DNA of 63,336 nucleotides, filler included, from Circinaria calcarea (GCA_051942165.1; 33 parts of 33 records of this genome joined end to end with filler, not necessarily neighbours in it), one strand, 5' to 3'; positions 25,118 through 38,028 are shown, numbered from the whole stretch's first letter. Made by a program: numbers and translations. The notes: generated by a model from the sequence alone, not told the origin.

Positions 25118-25408
25118 GTCTATATGCCGTCCCAAGCCATAGTGCATCGAAGCGTCTCCCATGCCTAGGCCAACCAAAGCTGTGATCTGGTACCTCGATT
25201 AGCTGCTGCATACTTGAAAAGGCATTTTGAACTCTTGTACCACTGCGAGAACGATAAAAAAGTCATCCCAGCCTGGATTTTTAGTAATCCTGAATCGGAC
25301 ATAGAGTCTTGAGCCAAGTAGAGTGAAAGCTAAAGCCAATGTGATTGCCTCGATTATTTTGAGAATATAGGCACGATCCTCGGACGGTGTAGAGTTTAGA
25401 TTTGCCAT
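25118..25408 (-). CDS. PTH11-like (fungal rhodopsin-domain) membrane protein, N-terminal part
   Basis: LRLYVR-like SRLYVRFR..PGWDDFFIVLAV|...YGLGRHI. Confidence 0.8.
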
Positions 25409-25998
25409 TGTCAGGCATATAGCGACATGAAACCTCAATGCTGTTGAGAAGGAAGAGAGCCAACCCTCTTTTTGTTAACCAGCAGTCTCGTCGTTCTGGC
25501 TTCGACCTATATGTATTTGTATGTAACACAAAATGAGGGTGCCCTCTATAAAGGGGGTGCATGGGGCAGTAGTTCATCTGATTGAGCCAATGATCGATAT
25601 AACGCCGGCACCACAACTTCCATCATACAGAACCGTGCCCTGCCTATCAAATGCGACGTCCTTGTTCATCTTCACGGATACCACCCACACTGCGTCCACA
25701 CTGCGTCCAATGCAGGGCTTAGGTAGTGCCGCACCGAACTCAGAGGTTAGCTTATCGTGCACTACGCTCTGGCTGCCCGATGTCTCGGCAGATTGCCCAC
25801 CGTTCTAGTGACTAACCCCGGCTCTTATCGATAAGAGGCTAGATTACCCTCGAGGGAATTCTTTTTCTGAAGCGCAGCAATCACGAGGAGATTCGCCACA
25901 AGCAACTATGCTGCTGCGTCGCGTATGACGGTATTCTACAATCCTGGGGAGTGGAGCTCTTCGACATCGCCGTTGAGTAAAGTTTAGTCTATACGAGT

Positions 25999-26944
25999 AT
26001 GTATAGATCAATTCTTCGCTTTCGGGGAGCTCGCACCCTACGGCTTTCGCCATTCAATGCCTGCCGGGAGTGCCTCCGCAACGCGAGGGGTGCTCAAGGA
26101 GCCTTACGAAGGCCATTCTACTCCAGTTCTACGACCGATGAGACAAGTGGCAATGTGGCTGCGTCAAAGCCTCGCTCGGGGAGATCGGCGTTATCGCCGT
26201 TGGATACCTTTTCTCGCCGTCACATTGGGCCCTCCCCAAGCTCAACACAGCAGATGCTTGAAGCATTGGATCCACCTGCAGCTTCTTTAGATGAGTTTGT
26301 TAGGCAAGTGTTGCCCGAGGATATCCTCTCGGCGAGGGACATGGAGATTGAAGGCATTCAGCAGTCTCAAGAAGGGACAGCTACTGCCGAGGGATTTTCT
26401 GAAAGCCAATTGATTGCCAGGTTACGTGAAATAGCGGGCAAAAACCAGATTATGAGGAGCTATATAGGATGTGGCTATGCCGGCACAAGGGTACCCGAGG
26501 TCATCAAGAGGAATGTATTGGAAGGGCCAGGGTGGTATACGAGCTACACGCCATACCAGCCAGAGATTAGTCAAGGACGTCTGGAGTCACTTCTGAATTT
26601 TCAGACCATGGTCTCTGACCTAACCGCATTGCCCATCTCGAATGCGTCGGTTTTGGACGAATCTACTGCAGCTGCTGAAGCAATGACTCTTTCCATGAAT
26701 GCTCTACCTATAGGGCGCCAGAAACGACCAAACAAAACATTCTTAGTCTCTCATCTATGCCACCCCCAGACAATGGCGGTTCTCAAATCCCGCGCAGAGG
26801 GCTTTGGGATCAAAATCTCCATAGGGGATATACTGGCAGATGGTGGAAAACAAGTTGAAGAGGCCGGAGAAGATCTGATCGGTGTTTTGGCACAGTATCC
26901 AGATACCGAAGGTGGTGTTGAAAACTTTCAAGGGCTTGCAAATA
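25999..26944 (+). CDS. GCV2: Glycine dehydrogenase (glycine cleavage P protein), 3'-truncated
   Basis: Arg-rich mitochondrial presequence; FSRRHIGP, SYIGCGY, WYTSYTPYQPEISQGRLESLLNFQT, NASVLDE. Confidence 0.97.
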
Positions 26945-27046
26945 NNNNNNNNNNNNNNNNNNNNNNNNNNNNNNNNNNNNNNNNNNNNTTAATTAATTAA
27001 NNNNNNNNNNNNNNNNNNNNNNNNNNNNNNNNNNNNNNNNNNNNTC

Positions 27047-27760
27047 CCTGTTGCCCCAAACCCCAACCAAAAACGCTCCCCCGCTCGCCTTCTGACGGGC
27101 CCCTGCCCCCCTTCCTACATATTCATAGAATCCCGTTGCACCTCCGAAAGCCCGCAATCCTACGTTATCATCTGCCACCACTTCCCCGATCCGGACGGTG
27201 CCGCCGTCGCCCTACACCAGCCCCCGCTAGAGTTGTGGCGCTTTGTCAACGCCGAGTGTGGCTTTCACGAGATCTGCGTCGATGGCCGGGACGGGGTGCC
27301 GGTGGCGTATTGCGTGTCCATGCAAAATTTCGTCAGGATCGCCGGGAACAAGGTAGGGGCAGGGGCCGGTGCCGGGGCAAAAGGAGTGCAGACGGCGCAG
27401 GTGGCGACGCCAGACTACAGGAGCCCGCGCTATCAGGCCCAGCACCCTTCTTCCGCACGAGGGGGAGGCTACCGGGGTGGAGAAGCGCAAGCCTTTTTGA
27501 CCGGGCCGAGCGGGCGGACGTCCATGTTTGCGGAAACTATTAGCATGGTTGCGCGGACTGACATGCCGGTCCGGTATGGTCGGGGCGGAGGCTCGGTGGA
27601 AGGAGTGGCGGGAGGGAGACAGACGTGTCGGAATTGTACGTCGTTGCGGTTGCGAGGGATCCCGGAGGGAACCGTCAAGGTGGAGGTGGAGGTGGGGATA
27701 GCCACGGGAAAGGGGATCACGGCCGGGTTACTATGGGTGCTGGTGGATACGGTATTATGA
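27047..27760 (+). CDS. Cys-patterned hypothetical protein, 5'-truncated
   Basis: Frame is open from the contig start through ORF 27233-27760. Eight Cys, including ECGFHEICVDG, AYCVS and CRNC. Confidence 0.55.
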   Translation, partial: PVAPNPNQKRSPARLLTGPCPPSYIFIESRCTSESPQSYVIICHHFPDPDGAAVALHQPPLELWRFVNAECGFHEICVDGRDGVPVAYCVSMQNFVRIAGNKVGAGAGAGAKGVQTAQVATPDYRSPRYQAQHPSSARGGGYRGGEAQAFLTGPSGRTSMFAETISMVARTDMPVRYGRGGGSVEGVAGGRQTCRNCTSLRLRGIPEGTVKVEVEVGIATGKGITAGLLWVLVDTVL

Positions 27761-30600
27761 TTAGGAGAAGGAAAGCTCGTCACACAGTTAAGAAGAAATT
27801 CAGCCAAACGAGATAATATGACCTACGACAACAAAGCCAACAGTACTCCCTCCTTCAAATAAACTCAAACTGCGTCAGAAGTGAGACCAGAGACGACCCC
27901 AACGAGTAAATTGATTGTCCCCGTGGTATAGGTGATTCATGATATGGTGTTATGGCTCTGCCGGTAAGGAGAGGAGAGGCGATGTTTGCTTGATAAGAGG
28001 GTCGTTCAGGCAGAGGTTCTGAAGTGAGATAGCGATGCTGCTGTCTTGCGTTCTCTGGTGGGTGAGGTCGTCCACACTGTTTTGGTTCTCCATAATAGTA
28101 TGAATATGTACGGTGCTCTCTGAATGTGTTTGCTACCTGGACGTTACTGGAATAATCGACACTATTTTATTGTTACTCAGCCCAGCTTTTATAAACAGAT
28201 TCCATTGTGTCAGTGACTCATTACTGTTCTCCATCAAACAGCTCTAAAGCTCAATCATTCGTGCAGAATACCAAAACAGATGGAGATTGCAACCCACGGT
28301 GAAGACCAAAGTGACTTTTCAAGTGCCATGGGAGCATGCTGCAAATCCAGCTTAGCTGGTAAATCAGCTTTGATCACCGCTGCACAGACGACTGAGGTTT
28401 AAACCTAACAGTACCGAAGCATATAAACCTGGCTTCACACAACTTGAGCTTGAAAGCTTCGGATCCGGGATAAACAGACATGGCTTTCCAGGGTGAATAC
28501 TCTATAGCAGTAAATTGTAAACTGCAGGTAATTGGATCTTTGGCAATTTTCTATGTACAGGGATAGAAAAACGGTGCACTGTGGCATGTAAATGGAGCTT
28601 GTAGGTAGCTGCTCGGAGGAATCTCCGGAGGCTATTTCAGCCCTACGCCAAGTCCAACGTCATTATCACATTTCATGAATTTCCCCAGAGGAGGTGTATT
28701 CTGCAAGTACATTGACTCATCTACTCACCCATCCGTCGCCCTTCTCGATCAGAGAAGCATCTCCGACCTTGATGCCTCATCCTTCACACCGATGACAAAG
28801 ACGCTAATGCAGAAGACCTCCCCAGCCAGCTTCTTCCGTCAAACCCGCCAAGTTCTCGCACCTCGAGCTCNNNNNNNNNNNNNNNNNNNNNNNNNNNNNN
28901 NNNNNNNNNNNNNNTTAATTAATTAANNNNNNNNNNNNNNNNNNNNNNNNNNNNNNNNNNNNNNNNNNNNGGAGAGGGAGGAGGGGGAGGGGACCTCAAA
29001 ATCCCAAGGGAGACCCCTTGCGGATGTGCTCATTCGGGACGAACGGGAAGGTTGACGGATGTTTTTTTCCGATTCCGATTTCGGCTCAATTATGGTAAGT
29101 TTAAAACATGAGAAACCCATTTTCCGATATCGTTACCATAGACGAAGTAGACAAAGATGTGATTAATATTCCCCTTTTTGGGTCTCCGGTCGATATAAGT
29201 AATTTTAAGCTTTACCCCTTTCTTACTTAAAATATCGAAGAGTTTTCTTTTCTCCGCAGTTTTTTAAATATTATTAATAAATTTCAAAACGTTTGGACCA
29301 TTGGCTTCTTCGATCCCCAGGGGGGAGGGGGGAGATTTTTTTCCATTCGGAAAAAAAAACTGGGGTCATCTTCTTGTGAACCCGACGGGTTATACCTTTG
29401 GAATCCTTATCAATCCAAAGGGAAAAAAATATTCAGAATCGTTTCCTCCTATCCGACTCCCACGAAAAAAAAATAAAAAAAATCTCCACGTGGTATGCTT
29501 TCGACTTGTGAAACCGCGTGTACTATATATATATTCCAGACCTGTTATGGCAACATGGGATTATTTATCCTCTGATACCCTTCTACAATTCCCAACCCAC
29601 AATTCCCAACCCACAAACCACAAAATCCCAAAGCCCCAAAGATTTAAATGTCCCACATACGCTTCACCACAAAGAATCCTAATTTTCCGCCCAAGTCTAG
29701 CTCATCTATCATCCCAACCCTAATCCACAGTCCCTACGTAATAATAATTTTGAAAAAAAACGTCATCATCTTATCTTATCCCAGAGTCCCACAACGCCGG
29801 AAGATCTCACAGAATCTAGAGGTTTACCCGTTAGTCTAGTCTAGGGCTATGGCAAGCAGAAGCTCCGTTTTCACAAACAAAGCCCCCTGCCTATTCCCAT
29901 TACCATAGAGCGGCGGCAGCCGAATGGAAGCCTTCCTCGTTCCTAGGTATTCAAAGGTGACGACAAACTTCTACCTCTGAGACGCGATGTCAATGTGTCT
30001 TCGATGCGGTCGAGAGCCCAAAAGAACATTCGCGGTATCTGGGAATGCCTCACGAAAGGGAGCGGGACCGGGAGTGGATGGATTTAAATACCGTGAAATT
30101 TAAACAACAAATAATCCGAAAGCTTCTATCGCTGGCAGGGAACTGACTGGCAAGCGTGGAGTCTGGTATTGTAAATCGAGACAAGGCTTCAAAATTGACC
30201 TCATCGTCTTGGCTGTAGGTTGGGATTCCCATATCATAGCTGTAAAGTGATATTCCGGTACCTTTAAAGTCCCCCCTCGTTACCTTGCCATATCTGCTCT
30301 TCCATAAAGAAACTACCCAAGGAACAGATAGAGGCCAAAGGGGAAAAAGTCTTGATGCTTGCTCTAAAGCTTCTAGTGTATGGGACAAATGCTCAGCATG
30401 CGCTCTAAAAGCCACAGAAATCTGGGGGGGGGTATAGTCGTTGAAGACGGAAGCAAACAGAAAAGAAAACGCCAGTGCATTCCATTTCCCCCATTCCGCA
30501 TTGTTCAACGGCAGACTGGATGATCCATACCCGGTACTGTTGAAGCTGCTCCTACCTCATATCCCCCTTTCCCATACCTGCCTCCAACTTCCCCCAACCC

Positions 30601-30795
30601 TTATCTCTCACACGACCACCTGCTTTCCCTCTCCCCCATCTCCTCCTCTCTCACCTCTCTCTCCCCACTTTCTTCCGCCCGCCATGCCCAATACTCACCC
30701 AGTCTCACCTCCGCATACGCCGCGTAGTCGAAATCGATCTGCGAGATCTCCGCTTGGATGAGGGCCCAGATACCCCAGTATAGACCGGGGATGCC
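30601..30795 (-). CDS. Ethanolamine/choline kinase, C-terminus
   Basis: Hand translation GIPGLYWGIWALIQAEISQIDFDYAAYAEVRLGEYWAWR..., the conserved C-terminal motif of ethanolamine kinases. Confidence 0.88.
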   Translation of the reverse strand, partial: GIPGLYWGIWALIQAEISQIDFDYAAYAEVRLGEYWAWRAEESGEREVREEEMGERESRWSCER

Positions 30796-31380
30796 NNNNN
30801 NNNNNNNNNNNNNNNNNNNNNNNNNNNNNNNNNNNNNNNTTAATTAATTAANNNNNNNNNNNNNNNNNNNNNNNNNNNNNNNNNNNNNNNNNNNNTTGAA
30901 CGGGGTGGGGGGTTTGGCAGCAAAATCACTGTTAGAATCTCGCCGCCGGCATATTCTTCAACTAAGGTAACTACCGTTACCGACCACCAAACAGCTCAAG
31001 ACCACCATGCCAAACCCCCCTTTCTTCTATAAAAGACAGCTACCTAGGGTTTCTCGAAGGAAAGGGGGACCGCCTATGGATTAACTGATTTAGGGGTTTT
31101 TTGACGAAAGGGCCGTCGGATGTGGATGATGGAGTGGTAATGGAGGGAGGCGAGGGCGAAGGTGAGGGGAAATGGGATGTAAAACGTACTTCCGGATTTG
31201 GGGTTGTAGGGGGAATTTAATTCTTGAACACGAGGAACGGGGCAGGGGAAATGTGGGAGATGTAGGAGAAATGTTTTGCATTGCGTTGATATAAGTAGCA
31301 GAGTGTATCTAGTGTGGAATTTGTTACTAGAGATGATGATTCATCCTGATACGATGCCGTCCTCCTCTCGACGTGCAAAT

Positions 31381-32551
31381 CTACTTGAGGATCGAAGAGA
31401 AATCCGTAGCTTTAAAGTAATCCTCGAGCGAGGTAGTCGGACAAGGCACATCAAGCTGTCCACCGCCGTTAGCATCTACAGCGACCGACCAATAGCAGAA
31501 AAGAGTCAACTCACATCTTTTGGATGAATGACGCTCGGGTCTCCGCCGTCGTACCCGAACTCGGCCGCATATTCAAACATCTCGCCGATTTCCCGGCCCA
31601 ACCCTCCCGGCATGACCTGCTCCATGGTCTGCTCCATGGTCTCCAGGGGAACTTGATCGTACCCGCCATACTTCTGCCCGAAGATGCCGCACCAGAGCTT
31701 CAGGTACTCCTCCCAGGTGGCGAAGGAACCGGCACCGAGCAGGTTCTTGCCCGGAGGTGACTGGACCAATGCGCGCACAAAGTATCCGCAATCTTTCCGG
31801 GGGTCGACAAGTGGAATAATGGCGTTGCCAGCTCCGGCGCAGCTGAGACGGAACGTACCATCTTCTTGCTGTTGAAATGGCGTCAGTTATCTTTGTAGAC
31901 TGGGACGTGATTAGAGATTTCCTTGAACTGTTGACTTGCCTTGGCGAAGGCGGGGATTCCCATGGCCCAATTGCTCATGTACATGCCCATCTGCAGGATC
32001 GACATCTTCGCCGCCAGCTCCGGAAGCTCCTTTCTGATATATTCGACCACAGTAGCCTTGGAATCGAAATGGTAGACCCAGGTGTATTTCCCTTTGCTCC
32101 AATACTTTGAATTCGAGAGCGCCGACAAAACGAAGCGTTCTAGGCCCTCGACCGTGGCAGCAGCCTTGGCGATGTTCTTCCCCTGCGCAACCTCGTTGTC
32201 AAAGGCGATCTCGTTGATAGTCTGGCCGGGCTTCAGCTTCTTCTTGTTCTCAGGATCATTAAAGAGTTGCCAGAAGTCCGTGTTTCCAAAGATGGCAGTG
32301 GCTCCTTTGAACGCCGATATCAGAGAATCGATATCGTTCAGGTCGCCCTTGACGATTTCGACCCCTTTCTCCGTCCAGTTTTTGGCCTTGTCGGGGTTCC
32401 GGGATATCCCACGGATCTTCCAGCCTGACTCCTTGAGAAAGACATCGGCGACGGAAGCTCCCTAGACGAAGTTGAGTGATGGACTGGAACGGCGGGAGAT
32501 GAGACTGACCTGGTTGCCAGTAATACCAATGATGACAATGAGCTTGGACAT
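31381..32551 (-). CDS. NmrA-like (HSCARG) NAD(P)-binding protein, complete, 3 introns
   Basis: MSKLIVIIGITGNQ|GASVA, GVEIVKGDLND, FGNTDFW, QGKNIAKAAA, YHFDSKA, FGYDGGDP. Confidence 0.92.
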
Positions 32552-32653
32552 TATAGCAAAGTTGTTCGAGTGGTAAGCTACTACGAGAGTTGACCGAGGG
32601 TTGAAAAGCGTGATGGATGTCTTGGAAGAAGCATAGTGCGTGAGGGCAACACC

Positions 32654-32661
32654 TTTTTATA
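32654..32661 (-). promoter_or_regulatory. Putative TATA box of the NmrA-like gene
   Basis: TATAAAAA on the minus strand about 105 bp upstream of the ATG. Confidence 0.45.
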
Positions 32662-32820
32662 CCGTCCTTCCCGTCCCGCCCCGTCCTGCTACTGCGCCCA
32701 GAGGTGGAAAGGGCTATCCTNNNNNNNNNNNNNNNNNNNNNNNNNNNNNNNNNNNNNNNNNNNNTTAATTAATTAANNNNNNNNNNNNNNNNNNNNNNNN
32801 NNNNNNNNNNNNNNNNNNNN

Positions 32821-33227
32821 CCGAGGTCACGAGGTGTTAGCTTAGCGAGAAAGGTTTTCTTCGCGAAGCGTTACACCGGAACTCTTTAGCAATAATTCAT
32901 ACGCTTACGCGAACCTATTGAGCTCATTATCACACAATTTACCGACCCTTATCGTAAGATCATCATACTATTCGTAGAGGATCCTTACACCAGGACTTGG
33001 CAGAGAGCATTAGGAGCGTATCACATATTATGCTCCCGATGGCTCCCAGGGATCCCAGAGAGCAGCGGGATCACTAGGGAGCATTAATATTATATAATAA
33101 ACTATTCTGCTCTCTTTAGAATAGCATGTTTATAGACCGTGCTCGAGATCATTCTTTAATCTCAAGCCTAAGGCAATAATTCAATTACACCCTATATAAC
33201 CGTGCTATTACCAATCGGGACTTATCA
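32821..33227 (+). mobile_element. Possible LTR relic
   Basis: TA-enriched noncoding block with short GGGATC-type repeats and a TATA-like segment, ending ...CTTATCA. Resembles fungal retrotransposon LTRs from memory; no TSD found. Confidence 0.4.
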
Positions 33228-33459
33228 TATTCCTCAATAGGCCCCAAGGATTGCAGCGCCCTTACATTTCTATTCTTAAAATAAAATAAAGATGAAAGTA
33301 TTAATAAATTTTAAATTTTACTAGATTTAACACATGCTGAATTCTTAATAGAAAACACCTTGTGGGTGTAGAGGAATAATAAAATCCGTTGATTTCCGAG
33401 GTGTTCTTTCGAGACCCCGCGAATTTAAAAAGTGGTGTTTGTTTTGATTTGCATACAGG

Positions 33460-33560
33460 CACGCGGGTGACAAAAAAGTTAGCACGGTCCAGCATTAAAA
33501 GACACCTAGATTCGCACCACATATAATTTCGACTGTGCCAACTTTTTTGTCACCCGCGTG
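33460..33560. repeat. 101-bp inverted repeat, MITE-like (30-bp arms, 28/30 match)
   Basis: CACGCGGGTGACAAAAAAGTTAGCACGGTC (33460-33489) against the reverse complement of 33531-33560. Confidence 0.85.
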
Positions 33561-34273
33561 ATAGGGTAATCACGCATCATTCTGAATTTTACGCTGGGAA
33601 ATTAGCCCATGTCCGCCCACAAGGCTTTGTGTACCTCAACTCTAATCCTGTTTCCTCGCACGGAGGCGGCCTGTCAGAACCATTTCCAATGATCAAACCG
33701 GCCAGCCAAGCTCCGTTGGACCCTCCACGGGATCGCACATATCTGGATTTGTTGCTAGATCTGGATAGCAACAGACAGCAGGGGCTTAGCATTTAGCACG
33801 GGGCACAGTGCTCCAGTTGTGTATCACGAGCCATGTTTAGCCGTCGTGAGCTTGCATATTACCAGCTCGGGAAACAAGTATGACAGGGAGCATCAGGCGA
33901 TGAAGTTAGGGCACGAAGAATAATCCTAATTTTGAACATTTTACATTTACCCGTTGCCGAACCGATTGCGACTTACAGTATCGCCTAGCAATCATGATAT
34001 CAGCTGCATCACAGAAATGGTTACCTGCAGTGAGTTCCCGCAAATCGGTCATTCCCTTCTGATAACGCAAACATCCACCTGAAGATGATTCAATGATCTT
34101 TCGAAGGGCTAACAGTAGGCAAAAGTACCTTTACAATGCTTCAAGCGCCGCTCGCCGAATCCTGACCGATTCAACATTGATATCTATGACTGAGGATAAA
34201 GCACCGGTGCTCCTGCGACTCTCGCCTGAAACATTGCCTAACCGTGGTATACCTGGTAGACTGGCCAATAGGT

Positions 34274-34642
34274 ATGTCATTCGAAGCGAGACTCCCCCAT
34301 GGCAGAGCCCCTCCCAAGCCCCGTCACGAGGCCAGATACCAATCTCATGGGGAATATGATGACACCATACCTTACGCGGCTCCGCTCCGGCGCCAGAATT
34401 CCCGGCAAGATCGTTATGAAAACGGTCCACATCGCCATAGGTCCAACAGGGCTTATGGAGGTTATTACCAGAGCGAAGGACAGAGATCTGGTGGGGATCA
34501 ACGGTTGACGCCGAAGATCACATTCGAGGAGGCTATTGGGGATCTCCATGACACTTTGAATGACGCTCATAGCTTCTATGGCGGTTTCAAAAGGGACTTC
34601 GACAACGAAGTGAGCGGGGTGGCAGTTTACGCCGAAGCACAC
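34274..34642 (+). CDS. Hypothetical protein, N-terminal fragment
   Basis: ATG-initiated frame open to the contig end; no motif recognised. Confidence 0.45.
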
Positions 34643-35899
34643 NNNNNNNNNNNNNNNNNNNNNNNNNNNNNNNNNNNNNNNNNNNNTTAATTAATTAANN
34701 NNNNNNNNNNNNNNNNNNNNNNNNNNNNNNNNNNNNNNNNNNTTGCATTCGGATATACTTGCGTTCGAGGAAAATGTCACACAGTAGGAGCATTTAGGCC
34801 CAGTTGACGGGCTCCCCCAACTCAAATACTCATGACAAGGCCAGGGTTGATGTCGCATGAGTTCCGATAACGACCCAACGTAAATGTCGAGTGGCTGTGA
34901 TTCACTGCAGGAACAATCAAGCCAGTCCCGATAAAGATTTAGTCCTTCGCTCGTCCCACATTTCTCTACCTCCTTCACCATCATAGTATCTCTCTCATCG
35001 CCCCAGGATTCAGTGCCCCAATCAGTGTCACAAAGCTGCACTGACTTGCCCCCATAAGGGTTTGAAGAAAAGCAAGATGCTCCTCGGATACCCAAAGAAT
35101 CATCGTAGCAAAAGTCGAGGGTTAGGGCCTCGAGCGGTGAGAACTGGAAAGGCCTTATAAGAAATCAGCACATATCACTGCATCAGGCGTAAAAGCAGCC
35201 ATGCCGGACGTTGACCTGACGCAAAGTGGTTGCGCAGTATGAAAGCCCTCTTCGGCATATTGGTAGGAATCTCAATATGAGAGTCAGATAGCTATAGAGG
35301 ATCTCGTATGCATTTGATAAGCGGGGAATTTCCTGGATGCGGATAAGCTATCCCGAAGTACTCAGTGGAGAAGACAAAAATTGGAATTTCTTCAGAGTTA
35401 TAACTTATCTACTCCAATATACCCATTCAGTCCACCCCCAACTTCACCGAGTACACCAATGGATGTCTTCCCAAGTATACCCAAGGCAAGCGTGGTAAGT
35501 CGAGCTCCGACGTATTGCATTCTGAGACTCAACGTCTGGCATGGCTGGCTCTTTTTGTTTTAAAAAAATCTGTCACTTACTCATTGCAAGATTCTTTCTC
35601 AGCATTTCCCAAAAAATAGTCAGACATCCAAGCTCTAGGATCAATCAATATCCGAACGAGCAACACATTCTATACCAATTGCTTACCTGCCAAGCTCAGT
35701 AACATCTACCGAAGCGATTAGTACGGCGGTCTCCACACCTAGTCTATAGGTTGTTGTTTTTTCGACGTGGGGAGTTGCAGGAGAACCAAGGTGAGGTAAG
35801 GTTTATAAAACGTTGATAGTTGCTAGTATAACAAGAACCTGATGATGGAGAAAGCAGGCTTTATACATTCGCCCATACTCATGATCCTGCGTGGTATTC

Positions 35900-36106
35900 A
35901 AAGGCTACCCGCGAGGCTCCTATAAGGCAATCGCAGGGCTCCAAGGCCCTGGTAAGGCTTTCACGGACATTTCAGAAGGCTCTCGCAAGGCCTCGCAAGG
36001 CTCTCATAAGGCAATCGCAGGGCCCCAAAGGCTCTCGCAAGGCTATCACAGACAATTCAGAAGGCTCTAGCAAGGCTCTGGCAAGGCCTCGCAAGGCCTC
36101 GCAGGA
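35900..36106. repeat. Degenerate minisatellite (10-12 bp AAGGC subunits, ~84-bp higher-order unit)
   Basis: ATAAGGCAATCGCAGGG at 35922 and 36006; CAGAAGGCTCT at 35973 and 36058; repeated AAGGCCTCGC. Confidence 0.8.
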
Positions 36107-36662
36107 ACGCCAACAAGCCCTCCATCGACACAAAAGTAACCCCACCAATAGACACAGTATCCAATAGCCTGCCATGCCACACCATCTTCGCACAGTGTTT
36201 GATACCCTTCCAAAAGGTTGAAGCGAACTCGACGACCGACGACCGACGTGGGACGTCGGCTTTTAGCCGCCAGGGCAAAACGAGCAGGGGGGTTCGGAGC
36301 CTCAATGCCAAGATGCAATTAAGCTAAGCTAAGCCATATGGTAACGGGTTGAAGCCCTGCCAACGGCAGGCTCGGGTCCTCCCTTCTTTCTCGAAGTCTC
36401 CTCTGTCTATCACTGCAGTAAACCCTCAATCTCATACGTCACTCGTTAGATGGGACGTAAATTAACGCGCCGATGCTCAGACGTTCGCGTGCCTTAATCC
36501 AATATATGGAATTTCTTTTTTTTTTAAAAAAAAAAAATTGCAACTTCGAGGTAGCCCTCACANNNNNNNNNNNNNNNNNNNNNNNNNNNNNNNNNNNNNN
36601 NNNNNNTTAATTAATTAANNNNNNNNNNNNNNNNNNNNNNNNNNNNNNNNNNNNNNNNNNNN

Positions 36663-38028
36663 CGGCTAGGGCAACTATCGTTGTCAACAGTGTCTTTCCT
36701 TTTCTCGCAATACTGGCTGTTGCTATTCGCTTATATGCAAGAAGAATCAAGCACTTGACTCTGAGAGTGGACGACTATACTATTCTAGTTGCTCTAGTAG
36801 AAATTTGTACCCGCTATACAGCTTCTCTTAGCTGACATCATATAGGTGATTACAGTTGCCGGTTCCATGCCCTACATTTATGGTGTGTCCCCAGGCCAAT
36901 TGAGACAATCATTCAGTGTGCACTGATAGCTCACACGAAGCGTAGGGGCAAGCAATGGTGGCATGGGAAAACATGTTGAAGATCTAACGTACAAAGAATT
37001 TGTCAACTTTGGCAAAGTATGTCGCCGACATCCTACTTGACAATGCTATTGCTAAGGTGTGCCCAAACCAGATTACATTTGCAACCCAATTTACCTATAT
37101 ATTTGCCGTGTCACTCATCAAGATTTCAATCCTGCTCTTTTACAAAAGCATCTTCACGACTCCGAGATTTGCCATCGCCGCCGATACCTTTGGGGTGGGT
37201 GTGGTCTTATGGACAATAACCTTTTTCTTCGCAACTCTGTTTCAAGCCTCACCAATCCCAAAGAACTGGTATCCCAGTCTACCCGGATCGACAATTGACG
37301 AGTTTGCAATGTACTGGGCCGCAGCGGCAACTGAACTCTTCCTTGACGTTGCTACCCTCATCTTACCTTGGACCATTATTTGGAAATTGCGCATGAGTAC
37401 TTCTCGAAAGTGGATCGTGTCGGGAATCTTCATGCTCGGAGGACTGTGAGTAACGGTCATGTTCCAGCATGTAGATGACAGTCTAATCCATATCCACCAG
37501 CGTCTGTATCTCAAGTGCCATACGTTTATACTATCTGACAAACACCAAGACTTCAGCAACTGAAGACTTCACTTGTAAGTATCATTTTTTCTCCTCTGCA
37601 CAGACCTCTATTGGACCCCTTTACTAAAAGCGTCACAAGACGACCTCACCAACATCTTTATCTGGACCGCCATCGAGCCCTGCATGGGTGTCATCTGCGC
37701 CTGTCTTCCTACCCTTGGCCCTGTCTTCCAAGGTGGCTATTTGCCCGAAAGCCTCCTCGGCAGCTTCAAAAGCTACCTCTTGCTGCTGTCTCGCAGCAAC
37801 CGCAGCAAGAGCAGCGTCGAGAACGACGTTGGCCGGGAGAAACTGGAACAGTTTCATAGCACCCCGGTGGAAGCCTTTCACCGGATGCCCGAGGACGCCG
37901 TCATCTCGACCAATGTCCATGGGAGGCAGTTGAACGACGTGGAGAACCAGGCAATCCCGGCGGAGGGTATCGTGGTGAATACGAAACTCTCTACGAGTGA
38001 CGATGATAGTCGGGCATTCGGCCGTTGA
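36663..38028 (+). CDS. PTH11-like (rhodopsin-domain) membrane protein, multi-exon, 5'-truncated
   Basis: AVAIRLYARR..DDY, GGMGKH, IKISILLFYKSIF, DVATLILP..IWKL, IFMLGG, WTAIEPCMGVICACLPTL. Confidence 0.9.

Noticed and set aside
29830..30508. Minus-strand ORF 30050-30508 and downstream coding-like text
   Set aside because: No recognised motif and stops downstream; at most a decayed gene.
34743..35300. Minus-strand Cys/Trp-rich open frame
   Set aside because: May be a real exon, but start, splicing and family cannot be supported.
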